Positions 21,701 through 30,833 of a stretch of 64,000 bases of DNA are shown piece by piece. Every line of letters starts with the position of its first letter. Positions within the stretch are counted from its first letter, which is position 1. Origin of the DNA: an uncultured Chthonomonadaceae bacterium (GTDB taxonomy: Bacteria > Armatimonadota > Chthonomonadetes > Chthonomonadales > Chthonomonadaceae); assembly GCA_963817895.1 (NCBI GenBank), contig CAWFQB010000007.1:128001-192000 (forward strand), written 5' to 3'. The notes under the pieces are model-generated. The model was not told the origin of the DNA. It made no database searches and saw nothing but the letters and a program-made list of their open reading frames with translations. A program made the translations under genes and the position numbers.

Positions 21701-22129
21701 GGTCACATACACGCGCGCAACCAGTTCGCTGTCTTTGACATTTCCCGGCAGCACGGCAAACCGCCCCGAATCCAACTTCTTCAGCGCGCCTGCTTCCTGA
21801 TCCAGCCGCAGCCCCGCCGCCCGCTTGTTGGCATCGAAGCCGTGACACGCGAAACAGTTTTCGGACAGGATAGGCCGAACGTCGTGGTCGAAGTCAATGG
21901 TGGTTGGTGGTTGGTGGCTGGTGGTTGAGGACGCAGGCGTTGAGCGTTGAGCATTGAGCGTTGAGGTCTGCTCTTTTCCCTTTTCCCTTTTCCCTTTTCC
22001 CTCTATTCCCTGCGCATGGGCGGACGTGCCGGACGAAAGCGCGGCAAGGCAGGCAATCAGCAAAATGGAAACAGTCAATCGGCTACAAAGCGGGCGGCGA
22101 AAGTTGAATGGGTGAATAATTGCGTTCAT
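18737..22129 (-). CDS. Planctomycete cytochrome c / DUF1549 / LamG / DUF1553 (PSD1) protein
   Basis: CFACHG, NPIDRFI, WLDLARFADT, CAQCHDHKYDP, LamG insert, HPELLDWLA, TPLQAL. Confidence 0.92.
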   Translation of the reverse strand: MNAIIHPFNFRRPLCSRLTVSILLIACLAALSSGTSAHAQGIEGKGKREKGKEQTSTLNAQRSTPASSTTSHQPPTTIDFDHDVRPILSENCFACHGFDANKRAAGLRLDQEAGALKKLDSGRFAVLPGNVKDSELVARVYVTGPGQMPPPASGKKLSGAQMATLKRWIAQGGKYAKHWAFVPPVSPALPPVKNTAWVRNPIDRFILSRLEKEGLTPSPEADKITLLRRVTLDLTGLPPTPADVSAFLADNSKDAYEKTVDRLLANPHYGERMALAWLDLARFADTHGYHIDSQRDMWRWREWVINAFNANLPYDQFVIQQLAGDMLPNATLDQKIASGFNRNHPINFEGGAIPEEYAAAYIFDRIDTTATAFLGLTVRCAQCHDHKYDPITQKDYYRFYALFHNVPEAGLDGTVGNAMPYLKAPSPEQEAQTIEYASKVAGLENARKNRQAEAKQAMTDWIKTASANADKTPVAMEGLVANYALDENTGAQVQDTVGKQPGGTIRGNVVWKPGKIGNALSFDGGNYVEIGNASDKTLRWERTDKFSYGAWINPSGMDSMTVLSRMNETDGFRGYDLYLMGGRAFVHLIHKWDDNAIRVNTKMVMEAGKWHHLFVTYDGSSKAKGVHIYVDGKPADLDVTHDKLTDTIQTSTAPFTIGRRTPGAPFKGLIDDVRAYDRELSANDVAALANSDNLKQLLATTENKRSEAQKVQLAAYYFDNIDMPNKTITAELNTWKQKQADLDKAIPTTMVMSEMAKPRDTFILLRGQYDKQGEKVMPGIPEFLPVQGEYAPNRLGLAQWLVSPTQPLTSRVAVNRYWQMLFGTGLVKTAEDFGTQGERPSHPELLDWLACNFVEGKGKREKGKEELASLNPQPSSLPWDVKALLRLLVTSAAYRQSSRVTPRLMVKDPENRLLARGPRFRLPAEFIRDQALDVAGLLVPKIGGPSVKPYQPAGLWEEISFKGSFSAQYYEQDHGENLYRRSMYTFWKRTVPPPSLQTFDAPEREFCMVRRSVTNTPLQALVLMNDPTYVEASRKLAERILTEGGNSVNDRINFAYHLCVSRSATVGEQKILTGLLNDQLAVYRGNPKGAEQLLAIGEAKRNDKLNAPELAAWAIIASTVLNLDETITKN

Positions 22130-22252
22130 AAGCGTTTTAGAAGCGGCGCGGGTTGGAAGGTGACAGCAAATGCGTTGCTTTTGTCTTGAACCAAGAAGTA
22201 AACTACACCAAAAGTATACAACACAAACGCGCCGAACGCGCAAAATAGAGTT

Positions 22253-24634
22253 TCAGCGTTTTGCGCCTGCGGCAAGCAGAATATCAATGACGTGCTGTGC
22301 CTGCTTGCGATGTTCGTCCGTTTCGCATTTGGCAAGGATGAGTTTTGCCCAATCCAGCGCGGTAGTATTCTGTTTGTCCTGCGCGTTGATGTTGGTTCCC
22401 TTACGCAGCAGCAGGCGCAGGCAGTCCTCGCGGGGCGGTGTAAAAGAAGGGGGTTTCTGTTCGCCTTCATTATCCCGATAGCTGTGAATATAGTGGGAAG
22501 AAGCATCCCACAGCAGATGTATCAAGGGAGTGCGGCCTCCGTTGTCGCGGGCATTGACGGACGCGCCCTTTGCCAGCAGCAGTTGCAGCAGGGCGACATC
22601 AGGATTGGTGACGTTGGCGGCAAGCATGAGCGGCGTTCCGCCCCATTTGTTTCGCACATCGGGGTCGGCTCCAATGGAAAGCAGGAGGCGCGTCATAGGC
22701 ATAAGGTCATTATCAACAGCAAGGTGCAGTGCCGATTGGTTTTCACTGTTAAGCGTATTTATGTCGGCCCCATGTCGAACCAAAAACCGCATACGGTCAG
22801 GCTCGAGCATGTTGTAGCGCGTTAGCAGCATCAGGGGCGTATCGCCAACGCGGTTGCGGACATTCATGCTCAATCCTGCCGCCAGCAAAGTACGCATGAT
22901 GGAATAAGAGCCGCCGATTGCGGCATAGTGCAACGCCGTTGTACCATCTGGCGCGCGAATATAAATATTCGCATGATGGTCAAGAAGAGAGTGGAAGGTT
23001 TTGGGCGCGCGAGAACTCGCCGCCAGCATCAGTGGCGTCCGGTCGTAATCGGGCAGCAATTTGTTGAGCGGAATGCCTTGCTGTAATCCTTTGCGAACGC
23101 CTGCAATATCGTCTTTTTCAATCGCCTGATAAAAATTCCAGAGGATATTACGAGAGATCGGTTTCGGATTTGTGGCGGCAGGCTTTGAGGCGGTTGGAAC
23201 GCGCGTCAAAATGGAGTGAGCGCGTGGCGCAGGTACAGGAACGGGCGGGTTCAGGTGGGGCATGTCGTAAGCCGCTATCGCGCCGTCGCTATGAACAGTA
23301 AACAGGTCTTTGCCTGCAACAAGAAAATTTTCGCAGGCGGGCAATTTCCCACAGGATTGCTTCTGCCCGGTTTGCGCGTCTATGTACAGTAATTGCCCGG
23401 ACTCCATCAGCGCGAAACAGCCCCGCTCGTAAGCCCGCAGAAAACGTATCGCGCCTGAGGGGTTGCGCCATAGGACGCGGCCATCTGTCGCTCGCAACCC
23501 GGTTATTTTGCGTTGCTGCGCCTGATAAGGTGTGCCGCTGACGACAATCGCCATCTTGGAAGCCGCAACGACCTGCGCCTGCAACACATCCTCAAAGTCG
23601 CGCCCGCTCTGTCCCTGTGCGCTGTTGAAAACTTTGCCGGTTGCCATGTCGAAGTCCGCGCCGGGAAGCAGGCTGAACGTGGGAAACCGCCAAACCGATT
23701 TACCCATTTCATCCACGCTATACACATAATGCGGCCACACGGAATGACCGGCGTAATCGTCGTCCATGTTGACGAGAATCACGCCCCGGTTTGCCGTCAT
23801 GCCGACCAGATTTGCATAGCCACGCAGCGTTTGCAGGTTTTGCGCCATTCCCGTATCCAGATGCAGCAGGCGGGGCTGGTCGGGGTAGGGAAAAGACATC
23901 GCAAGAGATGTGCCATATTGCTCTCCGGCCTGTTTTATGGCGGCTTTTCCCTCCGGCGTGGATAGGAGTACCGGTTGTCCGGTGAGCGCGTCCAGAAAAT
24001 TCGCGTGACCGTCATTCATGAGCGCGATGACACTGCCGTATACGCCGATTGGCGCTCGATTCTCTAAATTAAAACGCCATATTTCGCGCCCTGAATCCGC
24101 TTCTATACAATGCAGCGCGTACTCCAGCGTGGTTCGCTTCCCCGGCTGTGTGTCATCATAGAAAGCGAATACCAGAACAACAACGCTTCTGCCATCCTGC
24201 CGTGACGCCGTTCCCAAAAGTTGTAAGTACACATTCGTCTGCTTCGTCTGCGCGTTGCGGGGCATTATTTCCGCGCCGGAAGCGTCGTTGCCGAACAATT
24301 CGTTTGCTTCTGAGTTTGCCGGCCTTGCCTTCCGCCACAGTTGCCGCCCTGTATCTCTGTCAAATGCCACGAGTGCCACCGACTGGTCACCGTGACCATG
24401 CGAGACAACTATAATCTCGCGCGGCGTGACGGCTATGTTCCAATTTCGCGTTTCTTGCTCAGAAATGCTTTGATTTCGCGTGTCTAATTTGTCCTGCGCT
24501 TCCATACGGTAGGTTTGCCGGGGAACGAGAACGGCTTTTGCGGCGGGCGGTTTCTGGCGCGGGGCGGCAAAACCTGCCCTTAACGCGCCGAACAGGAGAA
24601 TTGGCAATACAACAAGGACAAACAGCGGTTTCAT
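22253..24634 (-). CDS. Secreted PQQ-like beta-propeller + ankyrin-repeat protein
   Basis: Signal peptide, TGRQLW-type repeats, several TPLMLAA/TALHYAA ankyrin repeats. Confidence 0.85.
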   Translation of the reverse strand: MKPLFVLVVLPILLFGALRAGFAAPRQKPPAAKAVLVPRQTYRMEAQDKLDTRNQSISEQETRNWNIAVTPREIIVVSHGHGDQSVALVAFDRDTGRQLWRKARPANSEANELFGNDASGAEIMPRNAQTKQTNVYLQLLGTASRQDGRSVVVLVFAFYDDTQPGKRTTLEYALHCIEADSGREIWRFNLENRAPIGVYGSVIALMNDGHANFLDALTGQPVLLSTPEGKAAIKQAGEQYGTSLAMSFPYPDQPRLLHLDTGMAQNLQTLRGYANLVGMTANRGVILVNMDDDYAGHSVWPHYVYSVDEMGKSVWRFPTFSLLPGADFDMATGKVFNSAQGQSGRDFEDVLQAQVVAASKMAIVVSGTPYQAQQRKITGLRATDGRVLWRNPSGAIRFLRAYERGCFALMESGQLLYIDAQTGQKQSCGKLPACENFLVAGKDLFTVHSDGAIAAYDMPHLNPPVPVPAPRAHSILTRVPTASKPAATNPKPISRNILWNFYQAIEKDDIAGVRKGLQQGIPLNKLLPDYDRTPLMLAASSRAPKTFHSLLDHHANIYIRAPDGTTALHYAAIGGSYSIMRTLLAAGLSMNVRNRVGDTPLMLLTRYNMLEPDRMRFLVRHGADINTLNSENQSALHLAVDNDLMPMTRLLLSIGADPDVRNKWGGTPLMLAANVTNPDVALLQLLLAKGASVNARDNGGRTPLIHLLWDASSHYIHSYRDNEGEQKPPSFTPPREDCLRLLLRKGTNINAQDKQNTTALDWAKLILAKCETDEHRKQAQHVIDILLAAGAKR

Positions 24635-24658
24635 AAGGGTTTCCTTTACAGGCGCATT

Positions 24659-24763
24659 TTGTCTTGAACCATGATTTTTCATGATTACGATGATTACCAT
24701 GATGAACGCGCCTTTTCAATCATGCCAATCACATAAATCATGCAAAATCATGGTTCAAGACAA
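24659..24763. repeat. Inverted-repeat element with internal CATGATT-like repeats
   Basis: TTGTCTTGAACCATGATTTT ... AAAATCATGGTTCAAGACAA. Confidence 0.8.
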
Positions 24764-24765
24764 GT

Positions 24766-25440
24766 TTAGCCATTTTCCTGCGATAACGTTGTGTCCGGTT
24801 CCGGTGTGACAGGAACTTTCAACGCTTCCTCGTTGCGCCAGTAGATGCTGTTGGCGCGAGTCATTAATTTGTTGTCTACGAGGTAGCGGCGCAATGTGGC
24901 GAAATCCGGGTGGAAGCCTTTTAGAATTTCGTTCACCTCTTTTTCCGTGTAGTGGCGGGCTGTCTCGAACTCCTGCGCCAATCGCCGCAAAACAATAACC
25001 TGCTTCTTGCGCTGTGTCGGAATCTCTTTCAAGCGGTGATGAACCACTTCAAACGTTCCTTCCGGCAATTTCACCTGTTCCACGCTTGCCCGCTGAAAGA
25101 ATGTATTGAGTATATGCTTCTCGTACTCGTCTTCTGTTTCTTGCGCTTCTTCTGCCCCGGCTTTGGTTTTCAATTCTTTCAGGAGGGCGTGTACCCCCTC
25201 CTGCGCCAGTCGGTAGTAGTGCGACGTGCCCTCCTGCCGCATCTCCACCATGTTGTTGTTGCGCAACATGGTGAGATGCCACGAAACCGTCGGCTCTTTC
25301 AACTCCAGAACTTCCGCCAGTTCCTTGACCGCGTATTCTCGTTCCGACAGCAATGCCAGCAGGCGAAACCGACTTTTATCCGCCAGCACTTTCAAAAACT
25401 GCAAAATCCGATCCAGTTCCTTCGCATCAATTTGCACCAT
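24766..25440 (-). CDS. ArsR/SmtB family regulator fused to DUF2087
   Basis: LADKSRFRLL...TVSWHL HTH; YTEKEVNEIL..FHPDFATLRRYLVD. Confidence 0.9.
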   Translation of the reverse strand: MVQIDAKELDRILQFLKVLADKSRFRLLALLSEREYAVKELAEVLELKEPTVSWHLTMLRNNNMVEMRQEGTSHYYRLAQEGVHALLKELKTKAGAEEAQETEDEYEKHILNTFFQRASVEQVKLPEGTFEVVHHRLKEIPTQRKKQVIVLRRLAQEFETARHYTEKEVNEILKGFHPDFATLRRYLVDNKLMTRANSIYWRNEEALKVPVTPEPDTTLSQENG

Positions 25441-25451
25441 ATTCTTGTTCC

Positions 25452-25512
25452 CATCTAATTAGATAATTGTCTAATTAGATGGGATTCTAACATAACGCTT
25501 GCCCTTTGTCAA
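25452..25512 (-). promoter_or_regulatory. Promoter and palindromic operator of the ArsR gene
   Basis: TTGACA-N17-TAGAAT, followed by the near-perfect palindrome CATCTAATTAGATAATTGTCTAATTAGATG. Confidence 0.75.
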
Positions 25513-25527
25513 GAGGACGCTGATGAA

Positions 25528-25568
25528 AATCCTGTGTAATCCTGAAAATCCTGTTAATCCTGTCTATT
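25528..25568. repeat. (AATCCTG..)n tandem repeat; reverse-complement copy at 29441-29481
   Basis: AATCCTGTGTAATCCTGAAAATCCTGTTAATCCTGTCTATT versus AATAGACAGGATTAACAGGATTTCTCAGGATTGACAGGATT. Confidence 0.8.
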
Positions 25569-25683
25569 TCCTCCTCTTCTCCCTATCTCCATGTCTCCTG
25601 TTCTTGTATCAGCGAGAAGGAAAGCAGGCAGAAAGCGGCGAACAAAGCGGTATACCGCATTGAAATCTGTTATGGAGGCCATT

Positions 25684-26586
25684 ATGCCTTTAGCCGCTTT
25701 TCCCAAGTGTTTTCTGGATGCTCTTAGTGTGGAACACAGCATGAGCGCGGAAGAATGGATTGATCTTGCCGCGAACGAGTTGGATATTGACGGGCTGGAA
25801 TTTTACTGGGGCTTTACTCCCGCCGGGGATGCCGAGCATTTACAGCGATTGCGCAAGCGCGTTGCAGGACATGGCCTGCAAATTCCCATGATGTGCTACT
25901 CGCCCGACTTTACCAAACCAGACGAGGAAGCGCGTCAGGAAGAGATCGCCAAACAGCAAAAGGCCATTGAGGTGACGGCGGCATTGGGCGGGAAATATTG
26001 CCGCGTGTTGTCGGGACAGCGAAGGCCGGATGTGTCTGTCGAAGACGGCGTTCGTTACGCGGCGGAGTGCATTACAGCGTGTTTGCCATGCGCCGAACGA
26101 AACAACATTGTCCTTATTCTCGAAAACCACTACAAGGACGGCTACTGGCAATACCCCGAACTGGCGCAAAAGCGGGATGTGTTCCTGCAACTGCTTAATG
26201 CCATTCCCCAATCCCCCTTCTTCGGCGTCAATTACGACCCTTCCAACGCCATTATTGCCGGTGATGACCCGATTGAACTGCTGGAAGCCGTGAAATCGCG
26301 CGTCGTGACCATGCATGCCAGTGACCGGTATCTGGAGGGCGCGACGCTCGACGACCTGCGCAAACTGGAAGCCCACCCGACGCAGGGCTACGCTTCCATT
26401 CTCAAACACGGGGTCATCGGGCAGGGCTTCAACGACTACGACCAAATCTTTTCCATCCTCAAAAACGCGGGTTTCAACGGCTGGATCAGCATCGAAGACG
26501 GACAGGACCCGACCGTTGGCATGGAACATCTCAAACAATCCGCTGAATTTCTGCGAACCAAAATGGCGCAGCACGGACTCCAGTAA
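25684..26586 (+). CDS. Sugar phosphate isomerase/epimerase (TIM barrel)
   Basis: DGLEFY, LENH, NYDPSN, MHASD, ISIED. Confidence 0.85.
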   Translation: MPLAAFPKCFLDALSVEHSMSAEEWIDLAANELDIDGLEFYWGFTPAGDAEHLQRLRKRVAGHGLQIPMMCYSPDFTKPDEEARQEEIAKQQKAIEVTAALGGKYCRVLSGQRRPDVSVEDGVRYAAECITACLPCAERNNIVLILENHYKDGYWQYPELAQKRDVFLQLLNAIPQSPFFGVNYDPSNAIIAGDDPIELLEAVKSRVVTMHASDRYLEGATLDDLRKLEAHPTQGYASILKHGVIGQGFNDYDQIFSILKNAGFNGWISIEDGQDPTVGMEHLKQSAEFLRTKMAQHGLQ

Positions 26587-26639
26587 GCAAAGCGGGGTAT
26601 GCCCTGCGGTACAATGATTGTAGAAAGGAAGGAACCTCT

Positions 26640-27320
26640 ATGTCTGCGGAAACCATACCCTTTGCGCCTGCGCCTTCACGGTTTGCGCCGCCCTACCTGC
26701 CGCCGGGGGCAATTGTTATGTCGGTGGAGGAGTACCTCGAATTTGAGCGCGAATCGGAAATCAAATACGAGTACGTAGACTTTTACGCCATTCCCAGAGA
26801 AGGCGTTGAGATACTGGAAAACGGCGAGATACGCGCCATGTCGGGTGTTGCGCCTCCGCATAACCGCATAACCCTGAACATTACTACGAAGATGGATAAC
26901 ACGATTGGTGAGCGCCCCTGCGACGTGTACACCTCCGACATTAAGGTGCGCGTTTCAAATGTGAAATACCGTTATCCTGATGTTGCAGCCTTGTGCGGAG
27001 AGGCGCAGTTTGATGATGCCGACCCGCCTTGCCTGCTGAACCCTTCCGTGCTGATGGAAGTGCTGTCGCCGTCTACACAAAACATAGATATGGGCCAGAA
27101 ATTCAAGGAGTACAAGCAAATTCCCACGCTAAGAGACTATGTTCTCATCGCGCAGGATCGCATGGAAGTCACTCACTATTCCCGCCGCGATGTGCTGGCA
27201 TGGGTAATTGAGGACTACACGCAGCCGACGGATGTATTAACGCTTGCAACGCTTGACGTGTCCATGTCTCTTGCGGAGATATACCGCAAAATCGTATTCC
27301 CATCCCCTGTAGTCTCGTAG
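26640..27320 (+). CDS. Uma2 family endonuclease-fold protein
   Basis: EEYLEFE..S..KYEY, RYPDV, EVLSPST, K..EY..IPTLRDYVLI. Confidence 0.9.
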   Translation: MSAETIPFAPAPSRFAPPYLPPGAIVMSVEEYLEFERESEIKYEYVDFYAIPREGVEILENGEIRAMSGVAPPHNRITLNITTKMDNTIGERPCDVYTSDIKVRVSNVKYRYPDVAALCGEAQFDDADPPCLLNPSVLMEVLSPSTQNIDMGQKFKEYKQIPTLRDYVLIAQDRMEVTHYSRRDVLAWVIEDYTQPTDVLTLATLDVSMSLAEIYRKIVFPSPVVS

Positions 27321-27370
27321 CGGCTTGTCTGCGTCAATCTCTGCGCCTCTCCATTTTGACAGGAACCTTT

Positions 27371-28087
27371 ATGAAAACCATTGTGCAGATATCGCTGGAT
27401 ATAACCAACATTCCCGAAGCGCTGGAAACGGCGCGTATGGCGTTGCGGGCGGGCGTGGACTGGCTGGAAGCAGGGACACCGCTGATTATCGCGGAGGGCG
27501 TGAACGGCATCCGCGCTCTGCGTTCCGAATTCGGGCCGGAGGTTCCCATTGTCGCCGATCTGAAAATCATGGACGGCGGCTGGCTGGAAGCGCAGCTTAT
27601 GGCGGAAGCGGGCGCGAATTACGTAGTTGTCATGGAACGCGCCCATGCGGAAACTATCAAGGTTGTCGTCAAGGCGGGGCGCGATTTTGGCGTACAAATC
27701 ATGGGCGACAATCTGGCCGCGCCGGATATGGTGGCATCGGCGAAACGTCTGGAAGATCTGGGCTGTGATTTCGTCATACACCATATCGGCTTCGATGAGC
27801 GGCGGGGCATTGCCGCTATGGGCCAACCCATGCCTAGCCCGCTGGACCAACTCCGAAAGATTGTGCAGGCTGTGTCCATTCCCGTGCAGGCGGTTGGCGG
27901 GCTGACAGTGGAACAGGCGGTTCGGACGCCGGAATATGGCGCTCCGCTTGTCGTCCTCGGCGCTCCGCTGACCATTGACGCCGACGCCTTCAAAACCGCG
28001 TCGGGCGACGTGGAAAGCAAACTGCGCCTCATCTGCGACAAAGTTCACGCTTACGGCGATGTTGGCCCGAATACGAAGACAGGTTAG
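27371..28087 (+). CDS. hxlA: 3-hexulose-6-phosphate synthase family (OMP decarboxylase superfamily)
   Basis: VQISLD, WLEAGTPLI, VADLKIMDGG..EA, AVGG. Confidence 0.8.
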   Translation: MKTIVQISLDITNIPEALETARMALRAGVDWLEAGTPLIIAEGVNGIRALRSEFGPEVPIVADLKIMDGGWLEAQLMAEAGANYVVVMERAHAETIKVVVKAGRDFGVQIMGDNLAAPDMVASAKRLEDLGCDFVIHHIGFDERRGIAAMGQPMPSPLDQLRKIVQAVSIPVQAVGGLTVEQAVRTPEYGAPLVVLGAPLTIDADAFKTASGDVESKLRLICDKVHAYGDVGPNTKTG

Positions 28088-28116
28088 CCGCGAATGAACG
28101 CGAATACACGCGAATG
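28085..28116 (+). repeat. TAGCCGCGAAT(nnACGCGAAT)n repeat; further copies at 29411-29435 and (minus) 42561-42591
   Basis: Direct sequence comparison; about 10-bp period. Confidence 0.85.
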
Positions 28117-28198
28117 AGAACAAGGAAATCTCACCACAGAGGCACAGAGACACAGAGGGGCCACAGAGAAAACCAAGAGGGAAACAAGAGAAAGCGCT

Positions 28199-29413
28199 AT
28201 GGCGGATTTATCGAAAGGCAATAGCCCGTTTTATCCGGGGCATCCCGTGCCGCCGGAGTTTTTTGTCGGCAGGCAGGCGCAAATTGACCGCATTTTACAG
28301 CGCGGCGTGGGGCAGGTGGCGGCAGGCAAGCCTGTTTCGATGTTTATTCAGGGCGAGTACGGCATTGGCAAGAGTTCGATTGCCAATCTGGTGCAGCGGA
28401 TTGCGGCAAAACAGCACAGTCTCTACCCAATTTATGTCACGCTTGGTGGGGCGCATACGGTTCAGGAAATGGCGGCTTCGCTTCTGGAAGCGACGGTCCG
28501 CTCGGAAGGCTACGAAACCACCAACACCGAAAAGGTGCGCGGCTGGCTGGCGAAATACATCGGCAAGCAGAGTTTGTTTGGAGTTTCGCTGAACCTGAAA
28601 GCCTTGCAGCAGGACGCGCCCAATCTGGCGACGCCGCTTGCCCTGCTGGAATTTCTGGCGCAGTTGATTGAACGCTTGAAAGATACGGGCGTCAAGGGCG
28701 TGTTTTTGGTGCTGGATGAAATCAACGGTATTGCCGCCGATCCGCAGTTCGCGCAGTTCATTAAGGGACTGGTGGACGCGAACATGCTGGCGCGCAGCCC
28801 CGTACCCCTGTTGCTGATGCTGTGCGGCGTGGAACAGCGGCGGCGCGACATGATTCAGAAGCATCCGCCCGTAGACCGCATTTTCGACATTCTGGACATC
28901 GAGCCGATGAGCAAGCCGGAAATGGAGGAGTTCTTTCAATCCGCGTTTGCCGCCGTAGACGTGGCGATGACAAAGGAAGCGCTGGATTTATTTACGTTTG
29001 TGTCGGCGGGTTTTCCCAAAATCATGCACGTTGTTGGGGACGCGGGTTTTTGGACAAATCAGGATGCCACGCTGGATTTGCAGGACGCGCAGCAGGCTGT
29101 CACGCAGGCGGCAGATGAGGTCGGCAAGAAGTTCGTGGAAGCGCAGGTTTACGCGGCTCTGCGCAGCAGCGATTATCGAACTCTGCTCGGCAAAATCGCC
29201 ACTGCGGGCGATACGTTTACCCGCGCCGCCGTTGCCGCCAATCTTGCGGACAGCGAAAAGAAGAAACTGGACAACTTTCTGCGCAAAATGGTCAGCCTGA
29301 ACGTCATTCGACGGGGCGAGTCATCCGGGGAATACGTGTTCAACGTTCGCATGGTGTAGCTATACATTCTTCTGCAAAGCCTCAAAGACCAATCGGGGAT
29401 GCAGGCAATTTAG
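28199..29413 (+). CDS. AAA/STAND-like ATPase with C-terminal winged helix; TAG at 29357 precedes 17 further in-frame codons
   Basis: FVGRQAQI, GEYGIGKSS Walker A, LVLDE Walker B. Confidence 0.8.
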
Positions 29414-29535
29414 CCGCGAATACACGCGAATACACTCCAGAATAGACAGGATTAACAGGATTTCTCAGGATTGACAGGATTATGGGGTAAAGTAAGGCGG
29501 CAGACAGTTACTTTTTGCGAGGAGAAGATAGCGGT

Positions 29536-30696
29536 ATGAAGATACATGAGTATCAGGCGAAGGAAGTGCTGGCGAAATACGGCGTGGCCGTACCGAAGAA
29601 CGCCGGGGTTGCGAGTACGCCGGAAGAGGTCAAGGCGAAAGTGGCCGAATTAGGCGGGCGGGGCGTGGTGAAAGCGCAGGTGCATACGGGCGGGCGCGGC
29701 AAGGCGGGCGGCATCAAGGTCGCCAACTCGCCCGAAGAGGCCGAAACCATCGCCCAAACCATGCTCGGTATGCTGCTCAAAACCCACCAGAACCCGGACG
29801 GCCTGACGGTTGAGAAAGTTCTCATTGAAGAACCCATCAAGATTGTGCAGGAATACTATTTGGGCATCGTGCCGGACCGTGACACGCAGCGCGATATTCT
29901 GATTGTCAGCGCGAAGGGCGGCATGGACATTGAAGCGGTTGCGGAAGAGGACCCGGACGCGATTGCGCGTTTGCCCGTTGACCCGCTCGGTGGTCTGCGC
30001 GACTATGAACTGCGGCAAGTCTGCTACGACGCCAAACTCGATCCGAAAGTGATTAACAAGGCCGTCGTGTTTCTGCGCCAGTTATACAACGCATACGTCG
30101 GCTCGGATGGCTCGCTGGCGGAAATCAACCCGCTTGCCGTGACCGAAGACGGGCGCGTACTGGCGGCAGACGCCAAATTTCAGATTGACGACAGCGCGAT
30201 GTTCCGGCATCCCGAATTCGCCGGGTACGTCGAAGGCAGCGAAGAGGATGAAATCGAAGCCGAAGCGCACAAACTGGACATCGCGTATGTGCGGTTGGGC
30301 GGTGATGTTGGTATTATCTGCAACGGCGCGGGCCTGACCATGACCACGATGGACGAGGTGCAACGCGCGGGCGGCCATCCTGCCGACTTTCTGGACGTGG
30401 GCGGCGGGGCGCAAGCCGAGCGGGTGAAAGCCTGTCTTGGCATTGTCCTGTCCGACCCGAACGTGAAGGGCGTCCTCATCAATATCTTCGGCGGCATCAC
30501 CCGCTGCGACGAGGTTGCCAAAGGCGTGATTTCCGCAACCGAAAGCATGGAAATCAAAGTTCCTATCGTGGTTCGTCTCGCCGGTACGCGGGCGGAGGAG
30601 GGAATAGAAATCCTCTCCCAATCCAACCTCATTCCCGCCGGCACGATGCAGGAAGCGGCGGCGAAAATCGTTTCGCTTGTGAACAAAGCCGCGTAA
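29536..30696 (+). CDS. sucC: Succinyl-CoA synthetase beta subunit
   Basis: MKIHEYQAK, KAQVHTGGRGKAGG, EINPL, NGAGL, NIFGGI. Confidence 0.96.
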   Translation: MKIHEYQAKEVLAKYGVAVPKNAGVASTPEEVKAKVAELGGRGVVKAQVHTGGRGKAGGIKVANSPEEAETIAQTMLGMLLKTHQNPDGLTVEKVLIEEPIKIVQEYYLGIVPDRDTQRDILIVSAKGGMDIEAVAEEDPDAIARLPVDPLGGLRDYELRQVCYDAKLDPKVINKAVVFLRQLYNAYVGSDGSLAEINPLAVTEDGRVLAADAKFQIDDSAMFRHPEFAGYVEGSEEDEIEAEAHKLDIAYVRLGGDVGIICNGAGLTMTTMDEVQRAGGHPADFLDVGGGAQAERVKACLGIVLSDPNVKGVLINIFGGITRCDEVAKGVISATESMEIKVPIVVRLAGTRAEEGIEILSQSNLIPAGTMQEAAAKIVSLVNKAA

Positions 30697-30698
30697 AG

Positions 30699-30818
30699 AG
30701 ATACGAGATACAAGATACGAGATACGAGTAAGGATGCTTCCTTACGGCACTTATCTTTGTTGTAGAGGATAAAGTGATCGTTACAAGACTCGTATCTCGT
30801 ATCTTGTATCTCGTATCT
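30699..30818. repeat. (GATACGA)n inverted-repeat hairpin element
   Basis: About 31-bp perfect inverted repeat, including a shared variant unit (GATACAA/TTGTATC). Confidence 0.9.
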
Positions 30819-30833
30819 TCCCCGGAGGGCATC

